A stretch of DNA of 32,000 nucleotides from Candidatus Saccharimonadota bacterium. GTDB lineage: Bacteria > Bacteroidota > Bacteroidia > Flavobacteriales > Blattabacteriaceae. The DNA lies in the NCBI RefSeq assembly GCF_033370915.1, contig NZ_CP104096.1, positions 2,700 to 34,699 of the forward strand, written 5' to 3'. Below, in pieces: positions 8,570 through 19,453 of the stretch; the first letter of the stretch is position 1; each line of letters starts with the position of its first letter. Both the position numbers and the translations under genes were made by a program. Under the pieces are notes generated by a model. It saw only the letters and a list, made by a program, of their open reading frames with translations, did no database searches and was not told the origin of the DNA.

Positions 8570-10867
8570 ATGAAAATATTTAAGAAATACAAATATTATA
8601 AAAAGAAAATTAAAAAAATTAATAAAAAAATTTGTAATATTATTTCTATTAAATATAATGTATTATTTCCAGGCTTAATATTAATGATTAATTTAAATAA
8701 TAAAAATATTATTAATAAAATAAATAATTTATATAAAAAAAAAAAATTAATAGGAGTAATTACAAAAAATAATAAATTAAAAAATAAAATATATAAAGTA
8801 GGTACTGTAGGAAAAATATTAAAAATTATAAATTTAAATAATAAATTAATAATTATAATAAAAGGTAAATATAGATTTAAAATTAGAAATAATTTATACA
8901 ATTATAATAACAAATATTTTAAAGCTATAATAAAAAAAATAAAATCTTATAAATGTAGTAATAAAAAATATTTAATATTATTTTATATAATTAAAAATTT
9001 AATAATAAAAATAATTAAAATAAATGATATTTTAAATAATAAATTAATTAATACTGTATATGAGATTAAAAATATAATACATTTAACAAATTTTATAAAT
9101 ATAAATTTAAAATTAAATTATAAAAAAAAACAAAAAATATTAGAAGAAAATAATATTATAAAAAGATTATATAAATTATTAATCAATTTAAAAATAGAAT
9201 ATAAAAAAATTTTATTATTTAATAAATTTAAATATAAAATAAATAATAAATTAAAACCTAAAATTAATAATTTTGATTTTTATGAAGATAATATATTAAA
9301 ATCATTATTAAAATTATATAAAAAAAAAAAACATAAATTATCAAAAAAAGTTAAAAAATTTTTTTTAGTTGAATATTATAAACTTAAATTATTAAATTAT
9401 CAATTACCAGAATATTCAATTAATATAAATTATTTAAAGTTTTTTATTTCATTACCTTGGTATAAGTATACTAAAGATAATTATAATTTATTAAGAGCTA
9501 AATTTTTATTAAATAAATTTCATTATGGTTTAAAAGATATAAAAAATAGAATATTAGAATATTTAGCTATTTATAAATTAAAAAAAGGTAATGTAAAATC
9601 TCCAATAATATGTTTATATGGTCCTCCAGGTGTAGGAAAAACATCATTAGGAATATCTATAGCTAAAGTATTAAATAGAAAATATGTAAGAATATCTTTA
9701 GGAGGTTTACATGATGAATCTGAATTAAGAGGCCATAGAAAAACTTATATAGGAGCAAGACCAGGTAGAATATTACAAAATATAAAATTAGCTAATAGTT
9801 CAAATCCAGTTTTTGTATTAGATGAAATAGATAAAATAAGTGTAGGATATAATGGAAATCCCTCATCAGCAATGTTAGAAATTTTAGATCCTGAACAAAA
9901 TAAAAATTTTTATGATAATTATTTAGAAATTGGATATGATCTATCAAAAGTTTTATTTATAGCTACTGCAAATAATATTAATAATATAAATGATGCATTA
10001 TTAGATAGAATGGAAATAATTAATATTAATGGATATGTAGTAGAAGAAAAAATTAAAATAGCAAAAAAATATATAATTCCACAACTAATAAGACAAAATG
10101 GAATAAAAAATAAAATTAAAATTAATGATAAAATATTAAATAATATTATTTTAAATTATACTTATGAATGTGGTATAAGAAAACTTAAAGAATGTATAGA
10201 TAAAATTATACGTTATATAGCTAAATATTTAGTTATGAAAAATATAATAATTTCTAAAATAGATAATAAATTATTAGTTAAAATTTTAGGATATTCAAAA
10301 TTACATAAAACATATGAAAAAATTAATATTCCAGGGGTATGTGTAGGATTAGCTTGGACTAATAATGGAGGTGAAATATTATATATAGAAACCAATTTAA
10401 TTAAAGGTAAAGGATTATTAAGTATTACAGGTAATGTAGGTAAAATAATGAAAGAATCAGTTATTATAGCAATGAAATATATAAAAGCTAATTATAAAAT
10501 ATATAATATAAATTATAAATTATTAACTAATTATGATGTTCATTTACATATTCCTGAAGGTTCAATACCTAAAGATGGACCCTCAGCCGGAATAACAATA
10601 TTTACTGCATTATTTTCATTATATACTAATAAAATAATAAAACATTATACAGCAATGACAGGGGAAATAACTTTAAGTGGAAAAATATTAGAAGTAGGTG
10701 GTATAAAATATAAAGTATTAGGAGCTAAAAGATCATTAATAAAAAATATAATATTACCAAAAAATAATAAAAATGATGTAAAAGAAATAAATAAAAAAAT
10801 ATTAAATAATATTAAAATATTTTATGTAAATAAATTAGAAGATATAATAAAAATAGCATTTAAATAA
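8570..10867 (+). CDS. lon: ATP-dependent Lon protease
   Basis: 765-aa ORF. Walker A GPPGVGKTSLG and RGHRKTYIGARPGRILQ are present, with Walker B VFVLDEIDK. Protease motifs are PKDGPSAGITIFTAL (catalytic Ser) and GGIKYKVLGAKRS (catalytic Lys). Confidence 0.96.
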   Translation: MKIFKKYKYYKKKIKKINKKICNIISIKYNVLFPGLILMINLNNKNIINKINNLYKKKKLIGVITKNNKLKNKIYKVGTVGKILKIINLNNKLIIIIKGKYRFKIRNNLYNYNNKYFKAIIKKIKSYKCSNKKYLILFYIIKNLIIKIIKINDILNNKLINTVYEIKNIIHLTNFININLKLNYKKKQKILEENNIIKRLYKLLINLKIEYKKILLFNKFKYKINNKLKPKINNFDFYEDNILKSLLKLYKKKKHKLSKKVKKFFLVEYYKLKLLNYQLPEYSININYLKFFISLPWYKYTKDNYNLLRAKFLLNKFHYGLKDIKNRILEYLAIYKLKKGNVKSPIICLYGPPGVGKTSLGISIAKVLNRKYVRISLGGLHDESELRGHRKTYIGARPGRILQNIKLANSSNPVFVLDEIDKISVGYNGNPSSAMLEILDPEQNKNFYDNYLEIGYDLSKVLFIATANNINNINDALLDRMEIININGYVVEEKIKIAKKYIIPQLIRQNGIKNKIKINDKILNNIILNYTYECGIRKLKECIDKIIRYIAKYLVMKNIIISKIDNKLLVKILGYSKLHKTYEKINIPGVCVGLAWTNNGGEILYIETNLIKGKGLLSITGNVGKIMKESVIIAMKYIKANYKIYNINYKLLTNYDVHLHIPEGSIPKDGPSAGITIFTALFSLYTNKIIKHYTAMTGEITLSGKILEVGGIKYKVLGAKRSLIKNIILPKNNKNDVKEINKKILNNIKIFYVNKLEDIIKIAFK

Positions 10868-10870
10868 ATT

Positions 10871-12538
10871 ATGAAATATATTATTACTGCAGCTTTTCCT
10901 TATACTAATGGTTATATACATATAGGTCATTTGTCAGGTGTATATATACCTAGTGATATATATTATAGATATTTAAAAATAAATAATAATAATAAAGTAA
11001 TATTTATTTCAGGTTCTGATGAACATGGATCATCAATATTAATAAAATCATTAAAGGAAAAAAAAAATATTAAAAGTATAATAAATAAATATCATAATTA
11101 TAATAAAAAATATTTAAAAAAATTTAATATTAAATTAAATAATTATTATAGAACTACCAATAAAAACCATCATAATTTAGTAAAAATAATATTTAAAAAA
11201 TTATTTTTAAAAAAAATGTTAAAAAAAAAAATAAGTTATGAATATTATGATAATTATTATAAACAATTTTTATCTGATAGATATGTTATAGGTTTATGTC
11301 CTTATTGTAATTATAAATATTCTTATTCAGATCAATGTGAAAAATGTGGAAATATTATAAAAGAAGGAAAATTATTAAATCCAATTTCAATTTTAAGTAA
11401 AAAAAAACCTATTTTAAAAAAAACTATTAATTTTTTTATAAATATTAAAAAAAATAAAAAATTAATAAAAAAATTTTTAAAATTTTTAATAAAAAATAAA
11501 AATAATAAAATTAATGTAATAAATAATATAAAATATTATTTAAATAATTTAAAAAATAGATCAATTACTAGAGATTTAAAATGGGGAGTTAAATTACCAA
11601 TTAATAAATATAAAAATAAAGTAATATATGTATGGTTTGAGGCTTTAATAGGATATTTATCATCAAGTATAGAATATTGTAAAAAAAAAAAAATAAAATG
11701 GTATAAATATTGGAAAAATAAAAATACTAAATTAATTACTTTTATTGGTAAAGATAATATTTATTTTCATTGTATATTATTACCTATAATATATAAAAAT
11801 TATAATAATAAATTAATTATTCCTAATTATATAAACTCAAATAATTTTTTAAAATTAGAAGGAAAAAAAATATCTACTTCTAAAAATTGGACAATTAATT
11901 TACATGAGATATTAAATATTTTACCTAATATGCAAGATTCTATAAGATATGCATTAATAATGGATATGCCAGAAAATAAAGATACAAATTTTACACTTAA
12001 AAAATTTAAATTATATAATAATTCAATATTAATAGGTATATTAGGAAATTTTATTAATAGATCAATAGTTTTATTAAATAAAAAAAATAATGGACTAATA
12101 TTAAAACCATTAAAAATAAATATAAAATATAAAAAAATTATTAACATAATTAATAAATATCCAATTAAAATTTATAAATTAATTAAAAAATTTAAATTTA
12201 GAGATGCAATATGTAAATTTATTAATTTATCTAGAATAGGAAATAAATTATTATCATATAAAAAACCATGGAGTATAAAAGATATAAATAAATTTAATGA
12301 TATAATGTATATAGTATTTAAAATTATTATAATGATAACATATTTATCATATATATTTTTACCTAATACCAATAAAAAATTATTAAATATTTTAAATTTA
12401 AATAGAAAAAATATAAATAAAATAATATTAAATAAAAAAGATATTAATAAACATAAAATTAATAAAAATAAAATTATATTTAATAAAATTTATAATAAAG
12501 ATATTAATAAAATAATTAGTATTATAAAAAATAGATAA
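10871..12538 (+). CDS. metG: Methionyl-tRNA synthetase (short form, no C-terminal tRNA-binding appendix)
   Basis: 555-aa ORF. Motifs: TAAFPYTNGYIHIGHL (HIGH), a zinc knuckle CPYCNYKYSYSDQCEKCGN, VWFEALIGY, and KISTSKNW (KMSKS-like). Confidence 0.93.
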   Translation: MKYIITAAFPYTNGYIHIGHLSGVYIPSDIYYRYLKINNNNKVIFISGSDEHGSSILIKSLKEKKNIKSIINKYHNYNKKYLKKFNIKLNNYYRTTNKNHHNLVKIIFKKLFLKKMLKKKISYEYYDNYYKQFLSDRYVIGLCPYCNYKYSYSDQCEKCGNIIKEGKLLNPISILSKKKPILKKTINFFINIKKNKKLIKKFLKFLIKNKNNKINVINNIKYYLNNLKNRSITRDLKWGVKLPINKYKNKVIYVWFEALIGYLSSSIEYCKKKKIKWYKYWKNKNTKLITFIGKDNIYFHCILLPIIYKNYNNKLIIPNYINSNNFLKLEGKKISTSKNWTINLHEILNILPNMQDSIRYALIMDMPENKDTNFTLKKFKLYNNSILIGILGNFINRSIVLLNKKNNGLILKPLKINIKYKKIINIINKYPIKIYKLIKKFKFRDAICKFINLSRIGNKLLSYKKPWSIKDINKFNDIMYIVFKIIIMITYLSYIFLPNTNKKLLNILNLNRKNINKIILNKKDINKHKINKNKIIFNKIYNKDINKIISIIKNR

Positions 12539-13327
12539 ATGAAAATTAAAAAATATTATAGTCAAAATTTTTTAATTAATAAATATTATATAATAAAAAT
12601 AGTAAATTTTTTAAAAAATAGTAAAAAAAAATATGATTGTATTTTAGAAATTGGTGCAGGAATTGGAAATTTAAGTAAAGAATTAATAAAAAAAAATAAA
12701 AATAATATTATATTTATTGAAATTGATAAAGATTTATTTAAAAAATTAAAAAATAAATTTAAAGGATATAAAATAATTAATATTAATATTTTAAATTGTA
12801 ATTTAAAAAAATTAGGTTATAAAAAATATTATATAATAGGTAATTTTCCATATAATATATCAAGTAAATTAATATTATGGATAATAAAAAATAAAAAATA
12901 TATAGTTGAATGTATTGGTATGTTTCAAAAAGAATTTGTTAATAGTATATTAAGTATTAATAATAAATTTAAAACTAAATTATCAATTTACATAAATTTA
13001 TATTTTAAAGTAATTAAATTATTTAATATTAAAAATAAAAATTTTTTTCCTATTCCAAAAGTTAATTCAACTGTTATAAAGTTAAATAAAATAAAAAATA
13101 ATTTATTAAAAAAAAATAATATAAATGAAAAAAAATTTTTTTTATTTATAAAAGAATGTTTTAAATATAAAAGAAAAATAATAAAAAATTCATTATTTTA
13201 TTTTTTTAATAAAAAAAATAATTATAATCAATTATTTTTTAAAAGAATTGACGAATTAAATATATATGAAATAATAAAATTATATAAAATTATTAATAAA
13301 AATGAAATTAAAAAAAAAAAAATATAA
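12539..13327 (+). CDS. rsmA: 16S rRNA (adenine1518/1519-N6)-dimethyltransferase
   Basis: 262-aa ORF. YSQNFLINKYYIIKIV, the SAM motif ILEIGAGIGNLSKEL, and IIGNFPYNISS match KsgA/RsmA signatures. Confidence 0.85.
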   Translation: MKIKKYYSQNFLINKYYIIKIVNFLKNSKKKYDCILEIGAGIGNLSKELIKKNKNNIIFIEIDKDLFKKLKNKFKGYKIININILNCNLKKLGYKKYYIIGNFPYNISSKLILWIIKNKKYIVECIGMFQKEFVNSILSINNKFKTKLSIYINLYFKVIKLFNIKNKNFFPIPKVNSTVIKLNKIKNNLLKKNNINEKKFFLFIKECFKYKRKIIKNSLFYFFNKKNNYNQLFFKRIDELNIYEIIKLYKIINKNEIKKKKI

Positions 13328-14699
13328 ATATGGATTTTATACTAATATAAAATCTAATACGTTATCAATAGGTATAAATAAAAATATTATTAAAAAAATA
13401 TCTAAATTAAAAAATGAACCAAAATGGATGACAAAATGGAGATTAAAATCATTTAAATATTGGAAAAAATTAAAATATCCTAAATGGTCTAATTTAAATT
13501 ATAAAAAAATAAATTTTAATTTAATTAGTTATTTTTCAGAAATAATAAAAAAAAATAATAAATTAGATAAAAAAATTATAAATACTTTTGAAAAATTAGG
13601 AGTACCTATTAAGAATAATAATAAAAAAATTTCTATTGATTTTATTTTTGATTCTACTAGTATAACAACAACTTATAAAAAAATATTAAATAAATATGGG
13701 ATTATATTTTGTTCAATAAATGAAGCAATTAATAAATATAGTAATTTAATTAAAAAATATATGGGTACTGTTGTATCTTATAAAGATAATTATTATGCAT
13801 CATTAAATTCAGCTGTATTTTCTGATGGTTCATTTTGTTATATTCCTAAAGGAGTAAAATGTCCAATAGAATTATCTACTTATTTTAGAATAAATAATAG
13901 TTTAATTGGTCAATTTGAAAGAACATTAATAATAGTTGATGATGGTGGTTCAGTAAGTTATTTAGAAGGTTGTACAGCACCTATTAGAAAAAATAATCAA
14001 TTACATGGCGCAGTAGTAGAATTAATTGCATTAAATAATGCTAAAATAAAATATTCAACAGTACAAAATTGGTATCAAGGGGATAAAAAAGGTAAAGGAG
14101 GAATATATAATTTTGTAACAAAAAGAGGAATATGTAATAATAATTCAAAAATTACATGGATTCAATTAGAAACTGGTTCATTATTAACTTGGAAATATCC
14201 ATCATGTATTTTAAAAGGTGATAATTCAATTGGTGAATTTAGATCAGTATCATTAACTAATAATTATCAACAAATAGATACAGGTACTAAAATGATACAT
14301 ATAGGAAATAATACAAAAAGTATAATAATATCTAAAAGTATATGTATGGATAATTCAATAAATACATATAGAGGTTTAGTTAAAATAAATAATAATTCAA
14401 AAAATTCAAATAATTATACTCAATGTGATTCTTTATTAATAGGTAATAAATGTAGTACTCATACTTTACCATATATAATATCTACTAATTCGTCAGCTAA
14501 AATAGAACATGAATCTACTATATCAAATATAGAAGAAGAACAAATATATTATTGTAATCAAAGAGGAATTAATAATGAAAATGCAATGTCTATAATAGTT
14601 AATGGTTTTAGTATGGAAATAATAAAAGAATTACCTTTAGAATTTGCATTAGAAGCAAAAGAATTATTAAATATAAAGTTAAATAATACTGTAGGATAA
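13302..14699 (+). CDS. sufB: Fe-S cluster assembly protein SufB
   Basis: 465-aa ORF. YKYGFYTNI, EPKWMTKWRLKSFKYW, FERTLIIVDDGGSVSYLEGCTAP, KYSTVQNWY and HESTISNIEEEQIYYCNQRGI are typical SufB blocks. It overlaps the rsmA end across a 13-A run. Confidence 0.95.
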   Translation: MKLKKKKYKYGFYTNIKSNTLSIGINKNIIKKISKLKNEPKWMTKWRLKSFKYWKKLKYPKWSNLNYKKINFNLISYFSEIIKKNNKLDKKIINTFEKLGVPIKNNNKKISIDFIFDSTSITTTYKKILNKYGIIFCSINEAINKYSNLIKKYMGTVVSYKDNYYASLNSAVFSDGSFCYIPKGVKCPIELSTYFRINNSLIGQFERTLIIVDDGGSVSYLEGCTAPIRKNNQLHGAVVELIALNNAKIKYSTVQNWYQGDKKGKGGIYNFVTKRGICNNNSKITWIQLETGSLLTWKYPSCILKGDNSIGEFRSVSLTNNYQQIDTGTKMIHIGNNTKSIIISKSICMDNSINTYRGLVKINNNSKNSNNYTQCDSLLIGNKCSTHTLPYIISTNSSAKIEHESTISNIEEEQIYYCNQRGINNENAMSIIVNGFSMEIIKELPLEFALEAKELLNIKLNNTVG

Positions 14700-14716
14700 T
14701 AATATAATAATAATAT

Positions 14717-15457
14717 ATGTTAGAAATTAAAAATTTATATGTAAAAATAAAAAATAATTTAATTATTAAAGGATTAAATTTAAAAATTAAAAAAAATGAA
14801 ATACATGTTATTATGGGACCAAATGGATCAGGTAAAAGTACATTATCATATATAATTTCAGGTAAACCTAAATATATAATAGATAAAGGAAAAATATTAT
14901 TTAATAAAAAATTAATTAATAATTTATCACCTTATGAAATATCTAAATTAGGAATATTTTTATCTTTTCAATATCCAATAGAAATTAATGGGATAACAAT
15001 GTATATATTTTTAAAAAATATATTAAAAAATAAATATAAGAATAAAGTATTATTTAAAAAAATATATAAAGTATGTAAAAAATTAAATATTAATAAAAAT
15101 AATTTATATCGTTATTTTAATGTAGGTTTTTCAGGAGGTGAAAAGAAAAAAAATGAAATATTACAAATGTTATTATTAAAACCTAAATTAGTAATATTAG
15201 ATGAAATTGATTCTGGTTTAGATATAGATACATTAAATTTAATATTTAAAAATATTAATAAATATAAAAAAAAATATAAATGTTCATTAATAATAATTAC
15301 ACATAATACAAATATTGTAAAATATATTAATCCAAATTATGTACATATATTGTATAATGGGAAAATAATAAAAAGTAGTAATAAAAATATAATATACAAT
15401 ATTGATAAATATGGATATAAAAAAATAATAAAAAATGAAAATAAAAAAAATAATTAA
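14717..15457 (+). CDS. sufC: Fe-S cluster assembly ATPase SufC
   Basis: 246-aa ORF. Walker A GPNGSGKSTL, ABC signature FSGGEKKKNEILQ, Walker B LVILDEIDSGLDID, and H-loop ITH. Confidence 0.93.
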   Translation: MLEIKNLYVKIKNNLIIKGLNLKIKKNEIHVIMGPNGSGKSTLSYIISGKPKYIIDKGKILFNKKLINNLSPYEISKLGIFLSFQYPIEINGITMYIFLKNILKNKYKNKVLFKKIYKVCKKLNINKNNLYRYFNVGFSGGEKKKNEILQMLLLKPKLVILDEIDSGLDIDTLNLIFKNINKYKKKYKCSLIIITHNTNIVKYINPNYVHILYNGKIIKSSNKNIIYNIDKYGYKKIIKNENKKNN

Positions 15458-16652
15458 TAATATAAATAAAAAAAAAAGAAAAAAAATATTAAAATTATTA
15501 ATTAAAAAAAAAAAAAATATAAAAGATAAATATAAATATTCAAAAATTAAAAATATTATAAAATTTAATAAATTTTATAATAAAAATAATAATAAAAAAA
15601 AATATAAATTTAAAAAAAAATATAAAAATGATATTAATATAATATATATAAATGGAAAATTAAATAATATAATTATTAAAAAAAAAATAAAAAAATTTAT
15701 TAAAATAAAAAAAATATTAATTAAAAAAATATTTAATAAATATTTAAAATATTTTATATTTTATAATTATTATTCTTTTATTAATTTATTATCAAATTAT
15801 AATAATTATATATATATAATAGATATAAATAATATTCATAAAATAAATTTAAAAATATATTTTATATTTTTAAAAAAAAATAAATATAAAAATATAATTA
15901 ATGATAATCTTTTTATAAAAGTAAAAAATAAATTAAATATTATAGATAAATATATATTAAAAAATAAAAATAAAAGAATTATTAATAATTTAATAATAAA
16001 TATATTATTAAAAAAAAATAGTAAAGTAAATTATTATAAATTTTATAATAATAAAAATAATTTATATAATATTAATAATATATATATATATCAAGATTAT
16101 AAAAGTAAATTAATATTATATAATATATATTTAAATAATAAATTTACATTAAATGAAATAAATATTAAATATATTAATAATAATTGTTATACAAGATTAT
16201 ATAATATTATTATATTAAGTAATAATCAAATATTAGAAAATTATATAAATATAATAAATAATTATAATTATTGTAATAATAAATTATATTATATAGGGAT
16301 TTATAATAATAATTCATATTGTGTAATAAATGGTATAATTAATATAAAAAAAAATACTAAAGATAATATAGCATTACAAGATTATAAAAATTTTATTTTA
16401 TCTAATAAAGTATTTTTATTTTCTAAACCTGAATTAAATATTAATTCTAATAAAGTTATATGTTCTCATGGTTTAACATTAGGTAAAATAGATAAAAATA
16501 TAATTTATTATTTATTAACTAGAGGTTTAAAATTAAAAGAATGTAAAATAATATTTTATTTATCTAATATTTATAATTATTTAAAAATAAATAATAAAAT
16601 TTTAAAAAATATAAATAAACAAATTATAAATAAATTATATAGTAATGTTTAA
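15435..16652 (+). CDS. sufD: Fe-S cluster assembly protein SufD (highly diverged)
   Basis: 405-aa ORF between sufC and sufS. The C-terminal SHGLTLGKIDKNIIYYLLTRGLKLKECKIIF matches SufD SHGATVGQLDEE.LFYL.SRGI. The N-terminal half is almost pure Lys/Asn/Ile, so the start is uncertain. Confidence 0.75.
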   Translation: MKIKKIINNINKKKRKKILKLLIKKKKNIKDKYKYSKIKNIIKFNKFYNKNNNKKKYKFKKKYKNDINIIYINGKLNNIIIKKKIKKFIKIKKILIKKIFNKYLKYFIFYNYYSFINLLSNYNNYIYIIDINNIHKINLKIYFIFLKKNKYKNIINDNLFIKVKNKLNIIDKYILKNKNKRIINNLIINILLKKNSKVNYYKFYNNKNNLYNINNIYIYQDYKSKLILYNIYLNNKFTLNEINIKYINNNCYTRLYNIIILSNNQILENYINIINNYNYCNNKLYYIGIYNNNSYCVINGIINIKKNTKDNIALQDYKNFILSNKVFLFSKPELNINSNKVICSHGLTLGKIDKNIIYYLLTRGLKLKECKIIFYLSNIYNYLKINNKILKNINKQIINKLYSNV

Positions 16653-17874
16653 TAAAAAAGAAATTAAATTAATAAGAGAAAAATTTCCAATATTAAAAAA
16701 ATATATAAATGGTTATAAATTAATATATTTTGATAATTCTTCTACAACACAAAAACCAAAGATTTTAATTGATAAAATAAAAGAATATTATTATAATTAT
16801 AATTCTAATATTTATAGATATAATAATTATTTAAGTGTTAAATCTACTATGTATGTAGATGAATGTAGAAAAATAATTAAACAATTAATTAATGCTAATA
16901 GTATTAAAGAAATTATTTTTACTAAAAGTACAACTGAATCAATTAATTTAATATCAGTATGTTTAAATTATTTTAAAAAAAATGAAATTATTATTTCTCA
17001 ATTAGAACATCATTCTAATATAATACCATGGCAAATTTTATGTAAAAGAAAAAAATTAAAATTAAAAATATTAAAAATAAATAAAAAATATAATATATCA
17101 TTAAATAATTTAAAATCAAAATTAACTAAAGAAACTAAAATTGTTTCTCTTACTCATATATCAAATGTATTTGGAACTATTTTACCAATTAAAAAAATAG
17201 TTGAAATAATAAAAAATTATAATAAAGATATATTAATTGTGTTAGATTGTGCTCAATCAATTGCTCATATACCTATAAATGTACAAGAATTAAAGGTAGA
17301 TTTTTTAGTATTTTCAAGTCATAAAGTATATGGGCCAACAGGATTAGGGATATTATATTGTAAAAAAGAAATATTAAATAAATTAATACCATATCAATAT
17401 GGTGGAGGAATGATAAAAAAAGTAAGATATAAAAGAAATATATATGATAAATATAATAAAAAATTAGAAGCAGGAACATTAAATATAGAATCTATATATA
17501 GTTTTATGTATGTAATTAAATATTTAAAAAAAATAAAAATTTATAACATTAATATTTATGAAAATAAATTAATTAATTATTTAAAAAAATTATTATTAAA
17601 GAATAAAAATATTATTTTATATGGAAAAAATAATATTTATTCCTCATCAATATTGTCATTTAATATAAAAAATATAAATAATAATGATATAGGATTATTA
17701 TTAAATAATTATGGTATACAAGTAAGAATAGGTAATCAATGTGCAGAACCATTAATGAAATATTTAAGATTAAATGGAGGAACAATAAGAGTAAGTTTAG
17801 GAATATATAATAATAAAAAAGAAATAAATAAATTTTATTTTTATTTAAATAAAATAATTAATAAATTAAAATAA
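16645..17874 (+). CDS. sufS: Cysteine desulfurase SufS (PLP-dependent)
   Basis: 409-aa ORF. Blocks: FDNSSTTQKP, EHHSNIIPWQ, LTHISNVFGT, DCAQS, FSSHKVYGPTGLGILY (PLP-Lys), and RIGNQCAEPL (catalytic Cys loop). Confidence 0.92.
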   Translation: MFNKKEIKLIREKFPILKKYINGYKLIYFDNSSTTQKPKILIDKIKEYYYNYNSNIYRYNNYLSVKSTMYVDECRKIIKQLINANSIKEIIFTKSTTESINLISVCLNYFKKNEIIISQLEHHSNIIPWQILCKRKKLKLKILKINKKYNISLNNLKSKLTKETKIVSLTHISNVFGTILPIKKIVEIIKNYNKDILIVLDCAQSIAHIPINVQELKVDFLVFSSHKVYGPTGLGILYCKKEILNKLIPYQYGGGMIKKVRYKRNIYDKYNKKLEAGTLNIESIYSFMYVIKYLKKIKIYNINIYENKLINYLKKLLLKNKNIILYGKNNIYSSSILSFNIKNINNNDIGLLLNNYGIQVRIGNQCAEPLMKYLRLNGGTIRVSLGIYNNKKEINKFYFYLNKIINKLK

Positions 17875-18069
17875 TAAATATTTATTTATTTTTTTTTCAT
17901 CTATTAATATTTCAATAAAAGAATAATTATTATTTTTTTTTTTAATCATTTTAATAAATTTAATAATTTTTTTTTTTTTCATGAATAGTATAATTTAATA
18001 TATAAATTATATAAATAAATATTATTATATATATATTTACATAAAATAATATATAAATAAATAATTTAT

Positions 18070-18576
18070 ATGGAATATAATACTAAAACAAATAAAATAG
18101 TATTTAGTCAATATGGAAGAAATATACAAATATTAATAGATGAAACATTAAATATTAGTAAAAAAACAAAAAGAATTAAAATATATATATATATATTAAA
18201 AATTATGAAAGATAATAATCTTATAATAAATAATATTGATATATATAAACGTAAATTATGGGATCAATTATATTTATTAACTAATAATAAATTAAAAGAA
18301 TATCCTTTTAAAAATAAAAAACCTATTTATTTTTTAAATAAAAAAAAAAAATATATAAAATTAAATTATCCTAAACAAATAAAACAATATAAATATTACG
18401 GAAAAATAATACAAAAATTTATTAAAAAGATAATTAAAATAAAAAATAAATATAAATATATATATAATATTGCTAATATAATGAAAAATAATAATATAAA
18501 TAATATTAAATTAAAATATAGTACAATATTAAAAGATATAAAATTAATTTCAAAAGGAAAAATTGATTTAATATAA
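18070..18576 (+). CDS. Conserved Bacteroidota protein of unknown function, DUF4290-like
   Basis: 168-aa ORF. The N-terminal MEYNTKTNKIVFSQYGRNIQILID, the internal KRKLWDQLYLL and a later YKYYGKIIQKFIKKI resemble my recollection of the DUF4290 family pattern (EYNT....L..PEYGRN[IV]Q..., KLWD.L, Y..YG..I..MI). This rests on recall only, with no search run. Confidence 0.6.
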   Translation: MEYNTKTNKIVFSQYGRNIQILIDETLNISKKTKRIKIYIYILKIMKDNNLIINNIDIYKRKLWDQLYLLTNNKLKEYPFKNKKPIYFLNKKKKYIKLNYPKQIKQYKYYGKIIQKFIKKIIKIKNKYKYIYNIANIMKNNNINNIKLKYSTILKDIKLISKGKIDLI

Positions 18577-18605
18577 TAAAATATTTTATTATATTATATT
18601 TTAAA

Positions 18606-18680
18606 AGGTGGTTAGCTCAGTTGGTTTAGAGCGTTTGCCTTACAAGCAAAATGTCACTAGTTCGAATCTAGTACCACCTA
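18606..18680 (+). tRNA. trnV: tRNA-Val (anticodon UAC)
   Basis: Plus-strand fold: AGGTGGT TA GCTC AGTTGGTTTA GAGC G TTTGC CTTACAA GCAAA ATGTC ACTAG TTCGAAT CTAGT ACCACCT A. Confidence 0.9.
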
Positions 18681-18686
18681 TTAAAA

Positions 18687-19451
18687 ATGTTGATAAAAAA
18701 TAAAGAAGAAATAAACTTAATAAAAAAAAGTTCTATATTAACTTCTAAAACATTAGGGATAATATCAGAATATATAAATCCAGGAGAAAATTTATTAAAA
18801 TTAGATAAAATCGCTTATGAATATATAAATGATAATGGTGGTAAACCAGCATTTTTAGGATTATATAATTATCCAAATACTATTTGTACATCTATAAATA
18901 ATGAAGTAGTTCATGGAATTCCAAGAAATATAAATTTAAAAGAAGGAGATATAATATCTATAGATTGTGGAGTATTAATGAATAAATATTATGGAGAACA
19001 TGCTTATACTTTTGGAGTAGGTGAGATATCAAATATAAAAAAAAAATTATTAAAATATACAAAAAAATCATTATATATAGGAATAAAAGAAAGTAAAATA
19101 GGAAAAAAAATAGGGGATATAGGATATAAAATAAATAAATATATCACTAAAAAGGGGTTTAAAGTAGTAAAAGATTTATTTGGCCATGGAATAGGAAGAC
19201 AAATACATGAATATCCAAATATACCTAATTATGGAAAAAAAAATACAGGAATAAAAATAAAAAATGGAATGGTATTATCAATAGAACCTATAGTAAATCA
19301 AGGAACAAGTAAAATAAAATTAAGTAAAGATAAATGGACTTATTTAACAAAAGATAATTTATTATCAGCACATTATGAACATAATATTGCTATTATAGAT
19401 AATAAAACAAAAATATTATCTACTTTTAAATATATAAGAAAAAAAAAATAA
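18687..19451 (+). CDS. map: Methionine aminopeptidase type I
   Basis: 254-aa ORF. Blocks: [37 protein letters not shown], and AHYEHNIAI (metal-ligand positions). Confidence 0.93.
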   Translation: MLIKNKEEINLIKKSSILTSKTLGIISEYINPGENLLKLDKIAYEYINDNGGKPAFLGLYNYPNTICTSINNEVVHGIPRNINLKEGDIISIDCGVLMNKYYGEHAYTFGVGEISNIKKKLLKYTKKSLYIGIKESKIGKKIGDIGYKINKYITKKGFKVVKDLFGHGIGRQIHEYPNIPNYGKKNTGIKIKNGMVLSIEPIVNQGTSKIKLSKDKWTYLTKDNLLSAHYEHNIAIIDNKTKILSTFKYIRKKK

Positions 19452-19453
19452 AA

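Noticed and set aside
17866-17982. 38-codon minus-strand ORF in the sufS/DUF4290 spacer
   Set aside because: It is too short, almost pure Lys/Ile/Asn, and has no motif. An open frame of this length is not compelling evidence. It is mentioned only within the spacer finding.
18996-18998. MetAP metal-ligand position reads Glu instead of the usual Asp (YYGEHAYTF versus the typical YHGD[ST]..TF)
   Set aside because: This is a conservative carboxylate substitution. The other four ligand positions (IDCG, GHGIG, IEP, YEH) are intact. That is not enough to claim altered function without an alignment or structure.
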